Assembly (NCBI GenBank): GCA_018267675.1
Contig: JAFDYA010000038.1
Coordinates: 557 to 64,556, forward strand
Source of the DNA: Bacteroidota bacterium
GTDB taxonomy: Bacteria; Bacteroidota; Bacteroidia; Chitinophagales; Chitinophagaceae
Direction of reading: 5' to 3'
DNA length: 64,000 nt
Part shown: positions 28,298 through 37,604 of the stretch, one piece after another
Position numbering within the stretch: position 1 is the stretch's first letter
Layout of the letters: every line of letters starts with the position of its first letter
Made by a program: the position numbers and the translations under genes
Notes under the pieces: generated by a model
Databases searched by the model: none
The model's input: the letters and a program-made list of their open reading frames with translations, nothing else
Told to the model about the DNA's origin: nothing

Positions 28298-29664
28298 GAC
28301 CCCTTCATCGACTTTTAGTCGGCTTTTCTTTAGCCCTACTCACACTGACCCTACTCGTAGGAACGATCTCGGCCTTTGCTTTTTTATTTCCAGAAGCTAG
28401 TAATCGTAGCATTCCGTTCTACATGCTTCGCCCGATGCATGTGTCTGCAGCATTGTTTTGGATCATCACCGGTGCTGTAAGTGGTATTTTGATCTATCTC
28501 CCAAAAGTGTATCCCTTCGCACAGCCGTCACCAAGGGTTGAGCGGAGCTTTGTGTTGCTCTGGCTCAGTACTATTGGCGTGATTTTTACTGCTTACGCGT
28601 TTAAAAAATTTGGTGGTCGTGAATATTGGGCATTTCCACCTTGGCTCGGCATACCCTTGTTAGTTGCTTGGGTATGCCTGTTGGTAGTTTATTTCCGAGC
28701 TTGGCGCAGTAGGAGCGATAGCCCATTATATGTCTGGATGTGGACGACCGGTGTTGTCGCATTCTTAGCAACATTCTTGGAGCAAAATCTTTATCATATC
28801 CCCTGGTTTCGGATGTCGTTCCTAAGAGAGCTGACGGTGCAATGGAAGAGTAATGGTGCGATGGTCGGTGCTTGGAATCAAATGATCTATGGTACGGCAC
28901 TTTTCCTGATGGTGCGCATTTCTGGAGATGAAAAGCTAGCAAAAAGCCGAAGTGCTTTTTTCTTCTATTTTCTTGGCCTGACCAATTTGATGTTCAACTG
29001 GGGGCATCATATCTACAACTTACCTACCAACCATTGGATTCGACATATTGCCTACGCCATTACCATGACGGAATGGATATTATTGGTCAATATTATCAGG
29101 GGGTTTCGAGCAAAATTGGCATCTGACCGAAAGTATCATTATCAGCTTCCATACCGCTTTCTAGCAGCGTCCGAATATTGGGTTTTGGCCAATCTCGTGT
29201 TGGCCTTATTTATGTCAATCCCGGCAATAAACAGATATACTCACGGCACGCATATTACAGTCGCTCACGCTATGGGGGCAACTATTGGCATCAATACCAT
29301 GATCCTTTTAGCTTCTTTTGGCTATGCCTTAAAAATTGACCGCTTAGGCTCAGCGCTTAGAAAGAACATTGCTAAATACTTCGTATTGGTGCAAGTTTTT
29401 CTGGTGATATTTTGGTTGGCGTTGATCAGTGCCGGTGTCCTCAAGGCATGGCGGGAGACGGTTTTGGGTATGAATTCATTTGACGAAATAATGAGGCCGG
29501 TTCGGGTGGTATTGTATTTGTTTGCCATCGCTGGCGTGGGCTTATTTTTCTCAATGTTGCCGATTATTCGGGCTTATTGGCTCGCCCTAAAACAACTAGG
29601 GCAGGGGGCAAAGAATGTGTCCCATAACACAATACAACAGCCAATGGAAGAGCAACCAAACTAA
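28294..29664 (+). CDS. Haem-copper-oxidase superfamily subunit I, NorB-like, with non-canonical active-site ligands
   Basis: 456 aa and about 12 TM helices. Has RPMH49, GRE109-110, WGH238H239 and THGTHITVAH325. The start overlaps the cytochrome c stop (ATGA at 28294..28297). Confidence 0.8.
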   Translation: MRPLHRLLVGFSLALLTLTLLVGTISAFAFLFPEASNRSIPFYMLRPMHVSAALFWIITGAVSGILIYLPKVYPFAQPSPRVERSFVLLWLSTIGVIFTAYAFKKFGGREYWAFPPWLGIPLLVAWVCLLVVYFRAWRSRSDSPLYVWMWTTGVVAFLATFLEQNLYHIPWFRMSFLRELTVQWKSNGAMVGAWNQMIYGTALFLMVRISGDEKLAKSRSAFFFYFLGLTNLMFNWGHHIYNLPTNHWIRHIAYAITMTEWILLVNIIRGFRAKLASDRKYHYQLPYRFLAASEYWVLANLVLALFMSIPAINRYTHGTHITVAHAMGATIGINTMILLASFGYALKIDRLGSALRKNIAKYFVLVQVFLVIFWLALISAGVLKAWRETVLGMNSFDEIMRPVRVVLYLFAIAGVGLFFSMLPIIRAYWLALKQLGQGAKNVSHNTIQQPMEEQPN

Positions 29665-29673
29665 TCCGGCTGT

Positions 29674-32571
29674 TTACAAAAATTGTCTGGTATAGCTTTC
29701 TTTCACGTGTTTCAAGCCTTCAGGGATGCCTTCATAAAGGATCTGGCCACCCTCGGCTCCGCCTTCGGGTCCTAGGTCTATCACCCAATCAGCCGATCGG
29801 ATAACGTCCGTATTGTGTTCGATGACCAGTATTGAATGCCCCCGATCTATTAGTGCATTAAAGGAGTTTAATAGTTTCTTGATGTCGTGGAAATGCAGGC
29901 CGGTGGTGGGTTCATCAAAAATAAAAAGTAGCTTTTCTGTAGTTTTCCCTTTGCCCAGAAAGGATGCCAATTTCACACGTTGGGCTTCGCCGCCGGAGAG
30001 GGTGTCTGAGCTTTGCCCCAGTTTCACATAGCCTAGTCCGACATCACTTAATGGCTGAATTGCTTGCGCTATTTTTTTGTCGGTGTTGAAAAATTCCAGA
30101 GCTTCATCAACACTCATTTCCAGTACATCAAAGATGCTTTTGTTGTGGAGTTTCACCTCGAGTACTTCGTCTTTAAAACGACGTCCTTTGCAGGTTTCGC
30201 AGAGTAGATGTACATCGGCCAAAAACTGCATTTCCACAATCACTTCTCCTTCGCCCTTGCAAGTGTCACAGCGCCCGCCATCAGTATTGAATGAAAAATG
30301 TCGGGCTTCAAATCCACGTATTTTAGACAGAGGTTGTTTTTCGAAAAGTTTGCGGATTTCGTCATAGGCCTTAATGTAGGTTACCGGGTTGGAGCGGGAG
30401 GATTTGCCAATCGGATTTTGGTCGATAAGTTCCACTCCTTTGATTGAATCTAAATCACCACTTAAGCTTTTAAAAATCCCAGGGCGATCAGTACCGGTAT
30501 TAAAATGCTGCATCAGCGCCGGGTACAGTGTTTGCTTTACTAGTGTTGTTTTCCCACTTCCACTCACGCCGGTCACGACACACAGGAGATTTAACGGAAA
30601 GGAAACCGAGAGATCCCTTAGGTTGTTTTGGCGGCAGCTATTTAGACGAATCGTATTGCTTGGCTTTCGCTGGATTTTTGGTGGGGCTATTTGCAGGGAA
30701 CCATTCAAATATTTGCCGGTGAGGCTTTGCTCCTGTTCCATGAGTTCGGCAGCTGTTCCTGCAGCTACAACTTCCCCGCCAAGGTGGCTTGCTAAGGGAC
30801 CCATGTCTATGATATGATCACACTCCCGCATCATGAGTTCATCATGCTCCACTACAACCACAGTATTGCCAAGGTCTCGTAGGTTTTTTAGCACACTGAT
30901 TAGGCGGGCAGTGTCTCTGGGATGCAGGCCAATGCTCGGTTCGTCTAGGATATAAAGTGAATCAGTGAGGTTGCTGCCTAAAAATTTTGTCAGTTGGATG
31001 CGTTGGCTTTCCCCGCCGGAAAGGGTATTGGCCGTTCGGTTGAGGCTAAGGTAGCCTAGCCCTACATCCAACAGTGTTTTTAACCGCTGATTGATTTCCA
31101 GAAGAATTCTTTTCCCAATTTCTTGCTCGTACTTATTCAGCTTGAGGTGTTGCATCCATTGTGCCAAGTCGGTAACAGGCATGGTCATCAAGTCGGCAAT
31201 GGTTGCGCTATTGATTTTTACATAGCTTGCTTCCTTTCGGAGCCTGCTGCCACCACACTCGTTGCACTGAGTACGACCTCGGTAACGGGCTTGGAGGATT
31301 CGGTATTGAATCTTGTAGAGATTTTGATTGACCATCTCAAAGAAGTCCGCTATGCCTTCCACCTTATCATTACCGTTCCAAAGCAGTTGAAAATCTTCCT
31401 TACTCAAATCCATGATTGGTTGGTGAATCGGAAAGTCAAATCGACTGGCACTTTGGATAAAATTGCGTAGCCATTCCCCCATCTTTTCCCCTTTCCAGCA
31501 GACCACGGCACCTTCGTACACGCTAAGTGTCTTGTTCGGGATCACCAAATCCGGATCCAAACCAAGTACTTGCCCAAATCCTTCGCAAGTAGGGCAGGCA
31601 CCATAGGGATTATTGTATGAAAATAGGTTGGGGCTTGGTTCTTCAAATTTGATTCCGTCTCGCTCAAAGCGGTTGTTGAAATGATGCAACTCCGGTCGTT
31701 CCATTTCCGCGCCTTGTAGAAAAAGCCAGCAATCACCCTCACTTTCATAAAAAGCCGTTTGTACCGAGTCCGCAAGGCGATGCATATCATCTTCGTCGAA
31801 TTCTTTCGCCACAATCCGGTCGATCAACAAGAAGTATTTCGCCTTCGGGATACTCGCTCCGTCTTGCAATAGGTCTTCAATACGCAATACTTCCTGGCTT
31901 TCATTAAGCACCCTAGAAAATCCTTTCTGCATCAGGATGTGTAACTCTTCGTCAATGCTGCGCCCAAAGCGGGTTTCCAACTTTACAACGATCTGGATTT
32001 TTGTTCCTTTTGCTGTGTTCTTAATGTATTCAACGACATCGGTAACACTATCTTTTTTTACTTCTTTCCCGGATATAGGTGAAATGGTGCGTCCAATTCT
32101 TGCAAAAAGTAACCGGAGGTAATCAAAAATTTCCGTCATTGAACCAACTGTACTTCTCGGGCTACGGCTGCTCACCTTTTGTTCAATGGCAATAGCAGGA
32201 CAAATGCCTCGAATATAATCCACATCAGGCTTGTCCATACGGGCAAGGAATTGTCGAGCATAGGCACTCAGGCTCTCAGCATAGCGACGTTGCCCTTCAG
32301 CAAAAAGGGTGTCCATAGTGAGTGAACTTTTCCCCGAACCGGATACGCCGGTAACAACAACCAATTTATTTCGTGGGATACTGACATCAATATTTTTAAG
32401 GTTGTGCATCCGCGCACCTTTGATGAAAATATCCTTTCCGGAACCCAATTTGGAAGCTGTGTGTTGCTCCAACTCGTCCTTTAAAGCCGCTTTATTGTCA
32501 ATATTTTTAGGGTTGCTCTTGCTTGATTTTTGCTGTTTCGGAGTTGTCGCAGCTTGATTTTTGGTGGCCAT
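29674..32571 (-). CDS. uvrA: Excinuclease ABC subunit A
   Basis: 965 aa. Two ABC modules ([23 protein letters not shown] signatures) and zinc-finger CxxC pairs. Confidence 0.97.
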   Translation of the reverse strand: MATKNQAATTPKQQKSSKSNPKNIDNKAALKDELEQHTASKLGSGKDIFIKGARMHNLKNIDVSIPRNKLVVVTGVSGSGKSSLTMDTLFAEGQRRYAESLSAYARQFLARMDKPDVDYIRGICPAIAIEQKVSSRSPRSTVGSMTEIFDYLRLLFARIGRTISPISGKEVKKDSVTDVVEYIKNTAKGTKIQIVVKLETRFGRSIDEELHILMQKGFSRVLNESQEVLRIEDLLQDGASIPKAKYFLLIDRIVAKEFDEDDMHRLADSVQTAFYESEGDCWLFLQGAEMERPELHHFNNRFERDGIKFEEPSPNLFSYNNPYGACPTCEGFGQVLGLDPDLVIPNKTLSVYEGAVVCWKGEKMGEWLRNFIQSASRFDFPIHQPIMDLSKEDFQLLWNGNDKVEGIADFFEMVNQNLYKIQYRILQARYRGRTQCNECGGSRLRKEASYVKINSATIADLMTMPVTDLAQWMQHLKLNKYEQEIGKRILLEINQRLKTLLDVGLGYLSLNRTANTLSGGESQRIQLTKFLGSNLTDSLYILDEPSIGLHPRDTARLISVLKNLRDLGNTVVVVEHDELMMRECDHIIDMGPLASHLGGEVVAAGTAAELMEQEQSLTGKYLNGSLQIAPPKIQRKPSNTIRLNSCRQNNLRDLSVSFPLNLLCVVTGVSGSGKTTLVKQTLYPALMQHFNTGTDRPGIFKSLSGDLDSIKGVELIDQNPIGKSSRSNPVTYIKAYDEIRKLFEKQPLSKIRGFEARHFSFNTDGGRCDTCKGEGEVIVEMQFLADVHLLCETCKGRRFKDEVLEVKLHNKSIFDVLEMSVDEALEFFNTDKKIAQAIQPLSDVGLGYVKLGQSSDTLSGGEAQRVKLASFLGKGKTTEKLLFIFDEPTTGLHFHDIKKLLNSFNALIDRGHSILVIEHNTDVIRSADWVIDLGPEGGAEGGQILYEGIPEGLKHVKESYTRQFL

Positions 32572-32755
32572 GTCGTCTAAGATATAAAGGTACTGTATTG
32601 CAGCGTCAAGGCCTTGCTCATTTTTGCGCCAACCGGGTAGGGAGCATCCTGAAGTGTATTGAGCTATTTATACAGTTTTGCTTTTTGAAAAAAGATGTTG
32701 AATTCCTAAAGGATTTCCAAATTACCTTCTATCTTGTCGGCCAAAACTTAATTCA

Positions 32756-33559
32756 ATGCGATTTATTGGTACTAGATTGTTATGCTGCATAGCCCTTGTT
32801 TTTGGTAGTGTTTCCGTAGGGCAGGCTCAAGTCAATCTCCCTGGCTTTCTTCAAAATTTTGAAATAGGCTATGGCTATTCTTTAACCTGGGCGGATTATG
32901 CCAAGACTTTTCGGGCGGTGGATGTCAATGGGAAAGGCTATGATACCACGGTGACTAAAAATGTGAAGTCAGTTGGTGGGTTTAGTTATCAAGTTGGTAC
33001 TAGTATCAATCTTAAACGATTGGGAGAGAAGAGTCAGTTGGCGCTTGGCATTATGGGCGGCTACAACATCTATGGTTGGGATTTTGGCGTGGCTAATAAT
33101 GTTCGGTTGTCGGATACAGGTGCCATTTTTGATTATTCTCAGGGAACAACCTTTGACGGAATTACCATGAATGCAGGTATGGCTTTGAGTGCTGATTTTA
33201 AATTCGGTGCCGAGGCTATGATGGATAAGCAATATCGCTTGAGTTGGATTGGTGGCTTTGGGATTTTGCCTTCAATCAACTTGACATCAAGCATCGATGA
33301 TGCACAAATGAGTTTTGGCGTTCAGCCGTTTGTTAAGTCTGAGTTTGGAATTCGTGGTCCTATAGCCGCAAAGATTCGGCTCCTTTATGCTTTTGGAAAG
33401 TTGGATTATTTGAGCCTAACTGATCGGAACAATGTCTTCGGCATTCCAGGTGCAGAAAATGATACCAAACTAACCGGCAAAGGCAATTTTACAGTGTCCA
33501 TCATTTTGTTGCCCTTCTCGTGGGCCTATAAACACAGCCAATGGTATAATTCTTATTAG
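32756..33559 (+). CDS. Hypothetical outer-membrane protein
   Basis: 267 aa. Signal peptide (…SVGQAQ) and Gly/aromatic beta-strand periodicity. Confidence 0.55.
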   Translation: MRFIGTRLLCCIALVFGSVSVGQAQVNLPGFLQNFEIGYGYSLTWADYAKTFRAVDVNGKGYDTTVTKNVKSVGGFSYQVGTSINLKRLGEKSQLALGIMGGYNIYGWDFGVANNVRLSDTGAIFDYSQGTTFDGITMNAGMALSADFKFGAEAMMDKQYRLSWIGGFGILPSINLTSSIDDAQMSFGVQPFVKSEFGIRGPIAAKIRLLYAFGKLDYLSLTDRNNVFGIPGAENDTKLTGKGNFTVSIILLPFSWAYKHSQWYNSY

Positions 33560-33963
33560 TCGCTAAGCGCAAACCATACAGGAGCAGCATTGTTCCAGTC
33601 ACCATTATAGTTTATCGTAAGTTCTTCGCCCGCGTTAAGCGGGCGAATTGTTTGTATGTACATACGCCGCTCCTCATATTCCATGAAGTATTCGCAGTTG
33701 GATTCCGGAGCGTGGTTGTAGATGGAGAGGTAGCCAAGCGCCATACAGCATTGCTTTTCTTCTTCGGGTGTCCACTCGAAGATGTAGTCGTGGAGGAGCG
33801 TCTCATCAAGATGTTGGCGGGCAGCCCTGTCCATTACTAGCACGGGCGATATTTCCACACGCAATCCCTCCGGCAAAGCTTTGCGGGTGAAGACACCTAG
33901 TCCTTTATTTTTTGTAGGCAACACAACAAGTGCGGGATGAATGAAAAAGTCCATGGCCTGCAA
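33556..33963 (-). CDS. SET-domain protein (putative protein-lysine methyltransferase)
   Basis: 135 aa. Contains GLGVFT..., NHAPESNCEY and AGEELTINY, the classic SET motifs (NH..., ELxxxY). Confidence 0.75.
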   Translation of the reverse strand: MQAMDFFIHPALVVLPTKNKGLGVFTRKALPEGLRVEISPVLVMDRAARQHLDETLLHDYIFEWTPEEEKQCCMALGYLSIYNHAPESNCEYFMEYEERRMYIQTIRPLNAGEELTINYNGDWNNAAPVWFALSD

Positions 33964-33999
33964 AGATTATTGCCAAGTTTTAATTGGCCGGTATTTTCT

Positions 34000-36498
34000 C
34001 TATTCTTCTACAAATACCCGTTTTACTCGTGCTGAAATGCCGGTCATGATTTCATAGGGAATAGTGTGTGCCCATTGAGCAATCTGGGTGAGTGGTAGTT
34101 CGGATCCAAATACTTGTACCATGTCGCCTTCTTTTACATCGGGAATACCGGTAACGTCCACCATACACATGTCCATACAAACCACACCAACAATCGGCGC
34201 TGCATGCCCATGGATGAGTACATGCCCTCGCCCATGCCCTAATGCGCGTGGGTAGCCGTCTGCATAGCCCACAGATATTGTCGCAACCCTTCGCAAATGA
34301 GCTGCTGCATCTTGGTGGCCATAACCGATACCTTCATTTGCCGGCAATTCGTTGAGTTGTGCAATGCGGGTACTTAGGCTGCCAATGGGGCACAATTCTG
34401 TGTTGTCGGGGTTTCCGGCATCTATCCCATATAGCCCTAGTCCTAGTCGTACCATATCATAATGCAATTCCGGATGCCGAGTAATACCTGCAGTATTGCA
34501 AAGATGGCGAAGGGCAGGCTTGGGTAATATTTGGATGAGCTCGGCGCTCATGGCTTCAAAGCGCTCCGCCTGTCTGGCTGTAAAGCTGTCCAACTCGGAA
34601 GACTCAGACCCTGATAAGTGGGAAAAGATTGAAACAACTGATAAGTTGGGGCAAGCATTGAGTTTTGCACCAAGTGTTTGAATCGAATCGAGATCAAAGC
34701 CAAGCCGATGCATGCCGGTATCCAACTTGATATGGATTGGATATTGGTGAACGGAGAGCGTTGCGGCTACCTGGGCAAATGCTTCAAGCGATCGGAAATT
34801 GTAAATTTCCGGCTCCAATTTCCAAGCAATCATTCGGTCTATTGCCGATAGTTCCGGGCTCATCACCATGATAGGCACAGTGATACCCGCTTTGCGAAGC
34901 ACAATCCCTTCGTCGGTATAGGCCACTGTGAGGTAATCCACACCTGCATCTTGCAAGGCACCGGCAATCTCATGGCTGCCACTACCATAAGAAAAAGCCT
35001 TGACCATGGCCATAAGCTTCACACCCGGCGCCAACTTATTCCGGAAGTAATTGAGGTTTTGCCGAAGTGCAGGGAGACTTATACTGAGTACCGTTTGGTG
35101 CACTTCTTCATCTAGCAAGGCGGCAATTTTCTCAAAGTAGAAGCTGCGCGCACCTTTCAAAAGAATAACCTCGTCTTCAAAACTCAGGAGGTGAAACTTC
35201 TTCAAAAACTCTTCGGTACTCTTGAAAAAAATGCTTCGTAAGTCTTTGTGCTCCCGGAAAAGATTTTTGTGTCGGTATAATGCCGGGCCAATCCCAATGA
35301 ACCTTTTAATGTGTCGTTTGAGCAACATGGCCAATACTTCTTCGTACAATTCAGCGTCCGGGCGACCCATTTGGAGGATATCAGACAAGATTACGGTACG
35401 GCGCGAGTGTTGGCGTTGACTAACCAGATAATCCAGCGAGATGGCAAGGGAGGTGATGTCGGAATTATAAGCATCATTGATCACGGTGGAGTTCGCTATT
35501 CCTTTCCTTGTCTCTAAGCGCATCTCAATGGGTTGAAGTTGCAGCAAGCGAGTTTTTATTTGCTCCTGCTCAATATTCAGATGCAATAGACAACACCAAA
35601 CTTGAATGGCATTTTCTACCGACGCAGCATCGGTAAAGGGTATTCGTATATGCAGCGTTTGTTGCTGGTAGTCTGCCGTCAAATCTGTAAAATGTCCTGC
35701 TACAGCTAGCTCCCGAATGACCAAGGTGGCATCTCCCTTAAATGACCAGGTGAAGCAAGCCTTCTTTGGCTCAGTTTCACTCTTAGTATTGTTTACGAAT
35801 GTGGCAACACATTCATGCACGTCTGCGTAGTCCCGACAATAAATGAGTGTGGCTACATGACGGAACAAGATGAGCTTCTCATTTATTTTTTGCCGTTGGT
35901 TGAGGAATCCTTCGCTATGTGCAGCACCGATATTGGTAAATATGCCCAAACTGGGTCGGATAATCTTTTCTAGACGTTCCATCTCACCAGGTTGGGAGAT
36001 ACCGGCTTCAAAAATGCCTAATTGTGTTTCTTTTCTAAGCCGCCAAACGGATAGCGGCACCCCTATCTGGGAGTTATAGCTTTTGGGGTTCCGAGTAATG
36101 TTATAGTCTTCGGATAGCGCTTGATAGAGCCATTCTTTCACAATGGTTTTCCCGTTACTTCCCGTAATTCCGATTACGGGTATAGCGAAGGAGTTGCGGT
36201 GCTGTGCCGCTATTATTTGCAAAGCCTGTACGGTATCGTTTACTAATAATAGTCCGGCACCCGGGTATTGGGCCGCATCAATGCGGGTGCTGATAACAAA
36301 AAGGCGAATACCCGCAGCATAGGCAGCCGGCAAATAATTATGGCCATCTCTTCTTCCGGATTTGATGGCAAAGAAGGCAGCTTTTCCCGGGTTGTTTATT
36401 TTTCTGGTGTCAATACACAACTCCTGAATACGATGAACGGGGATTGTGCTTAGCCATTCTCCCTGTGTCCATTGTTTGAGTTGTTCCGGAGTTTGCAC
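34000..36498 (-). CDS. Bifunctional UDP-MurNAc-tripeptide--D-Ala-D-Ala ligase / alanine racemase
   Basis: 832 aa. The N-terminal ~450 aa are Mur-ligase-like (ITGSNGKT). The C-terminal ~370 aa are a PLP racemase (AMVKAFSYGSG ... VCMDMCMVDV). Confidence 0.9.
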   Translation of the reverse strand: MQTPEQLKQWTQGEWLSTIPVHRIQELCIDTRKINNPGKAAFFAIKSGRRDGHNYLPAAYAAGIRLFVISTRIDAAQYPGAGLLLVNDTVQALQIIAAQHRNSFAIPVIGITGSNGKTIVKEWLYQALSEDYNITRNPKSYNSQIGVPLSVWRLRKETQLGIFEAGISQPGEMERLEKIIRPSLGIFTNIGAAHSEGFLNQRQKINEKLILFRHVATLIYCRDYADVHECVATFVNNTKSETEPKKACFTWSFKGDATLVIRELAVAGHFTDLTADYQQQTLHIRIPFTDAASVENAIQVWCCLLHLNIEQEQIKTRLLQLQPIEMRLETRKGIANSTVINDAYNSDITSLAISLDYLVSQRQHSRRTVILSDILQMGRPDAELYEEVLAMLLKRHIKRFIGIGPALYRHKNLFREHKDLRSIFFKSTEEFLKKFHLLSFEDEVILLKGARSFYFEKIAALLDEEVHQTVLSISLPALRQNLNYFRNKLAPGVKLMAMVKAFSYGSGSHEIAGALQDAGVDYLTVAYTDEGIVLRKAGITVPIMVMSPELSAIDRMIAWKLEPEIYNFRSLEAFAQVAATLSVHQYPIHIKLDTGMHRLGFDLDSIQTLGAKLNACPNLSVVSIFSHLSGSESSELDSFTARQAERFEAMSAELIQILPKPALRHLCNTAGITRHPELHYDMVRLGLGLYGIDAGNPDNTELCPIGSLSTRIAQLNELPANEGIGYGHQDAAAHLRRVATISVGYADGYPRALGHGRGHVLIHGHAAPIVGVVCMDMCMVDVTGIPDVKEGDMVQVFGSELPLTQIAQWAHTIPYEIMTGISARVKRVFVEE

Positions 36499-36503
36499 GA
36501 CAT

Positions 36504-37583
36504 TTATTTTTTCAGGATTATCCCATGTGTGGTGACCTGTGGCGCTTTTGCAGTGGTGTCATCGGCCATGAAAAATTCGTAGCCTAGCCGAAAAATACGA
36601 GAAAATGTAGGGACTTGGACAGTAGTTGTGTCTTTATCCCCATTCATGACGGCATAGTATCTATCCGGATTAAAGTTGTCGCTAAACTCCCGAACTTCCT
36701 TGCCAAAATTTTTGCTTCGCTCGTCAATTGGGAAGTAATATACTTTCACGATGTTTTTCTGTCCCTTAGTATCGGTAATGGTGATGTAGCCTCTTGGAGG
36801 CATTTGCTTCAATGATTCATTGAGGTGATTAAATCCATTGACATAGCCTTCGTTATAAATCTTTTTAAACAAGCCGAGAAAAGTCTTAGCTCTGGATACA
36901 TTCAGTGGCTTTTGGCCAAAGTCCATAGCCGAATCCAGGGTAACCGTAAAATTTCCGTTCTGCTGTTTCAAGTCGAAAGAATTAAGTGGTTCTAAGGGAT
37001 ATTCCACTTTGATTTCTGCAATTTGATCGGGTGTATAGTCGAAGACAAGTCGGTCTCTCCAATTGTTTAGGTTGGTGGAGTAGCGGGTAGTCAGGTAGCC
37101 TTCAAATCCGGGAATCTGAACAACATAAGGTATTTCGGAGCCGTCCATAAGCATAGCGGTTCCTGCAAATTTGCCCATTTCGCCCCCTACATAGAATGTT
37201 CTGATCTTCCGCCCATCAACATCATAGATTTCTGTTTTTATTCCTGCGCCGGCGAGGCCTTTTATTACACTGTTTCTTTGGTTGTCCGGTACAGGGAACA
37301 AAGGCTCTTGAAGACGAATGGTATTGAGCAATTGGTCAAGCGTACTTTTAAGGACGGGATATTTCCCATTGAGCAGCCAGCCTTCTGGTTTTCGTTCTAG
37401 GAGGATCGTGTTGGGGTCATTGTTGGCGGCGAGGAAGATTTTGCCAATCGAGGCAGTATCCCGGACACCGAAGCCGGCATCAGCAGCGTTGTAGGTTCTG
37501 TCGCTTTTGTCACTGAACAAAAAGAACCAAACACCAAAGCCTAATAGCGCAAACAGGGTAAGGTAAATAAGTGTCTTAATCAT
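36504..37583 (-). CDS. DUF4340 domain protein
   Basis: 359 aa with an N-terminal TM anchor. Occupies the conserved position immediately downstream of gldG. Confidence 0.65.
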   Translation of the reverse strand: MIKTLIYLTLFALLGFGVWFFLFSDKSDRTYNAADAGFGVRDTASIGKIFLAANNDPNTILLERKPEGWLLNGKYPVLKSTLDQLLNTIRLQEPLFPVPDNQRNSVIKGLAGAGIKTEIYDVDGRKIRTFYVGGEMGKFAGTAMLMDGSEIPYVVQIPGFEGYLTTRYSTNLNNWRDRLVFDYTPDQIAEIKVEYPLEPLNSFDLKQQNGNFTVTLDSAMDFGQKPLNVSRAKTFLGLFKKIYNEGYVNGFNHLNESLKQMPPRGYITITDTKGQKNIVKVYYFPIDERSKNFGKEVREFSDNFNPDRYYAVMNGDKDTTTVQVPTFSRIFRLGYEFFMADDTTAKAPQVTTHGIILKK

Positions 37584-37604
37584 GTGCGGTCGGAGTAAAA
37601 AGAA

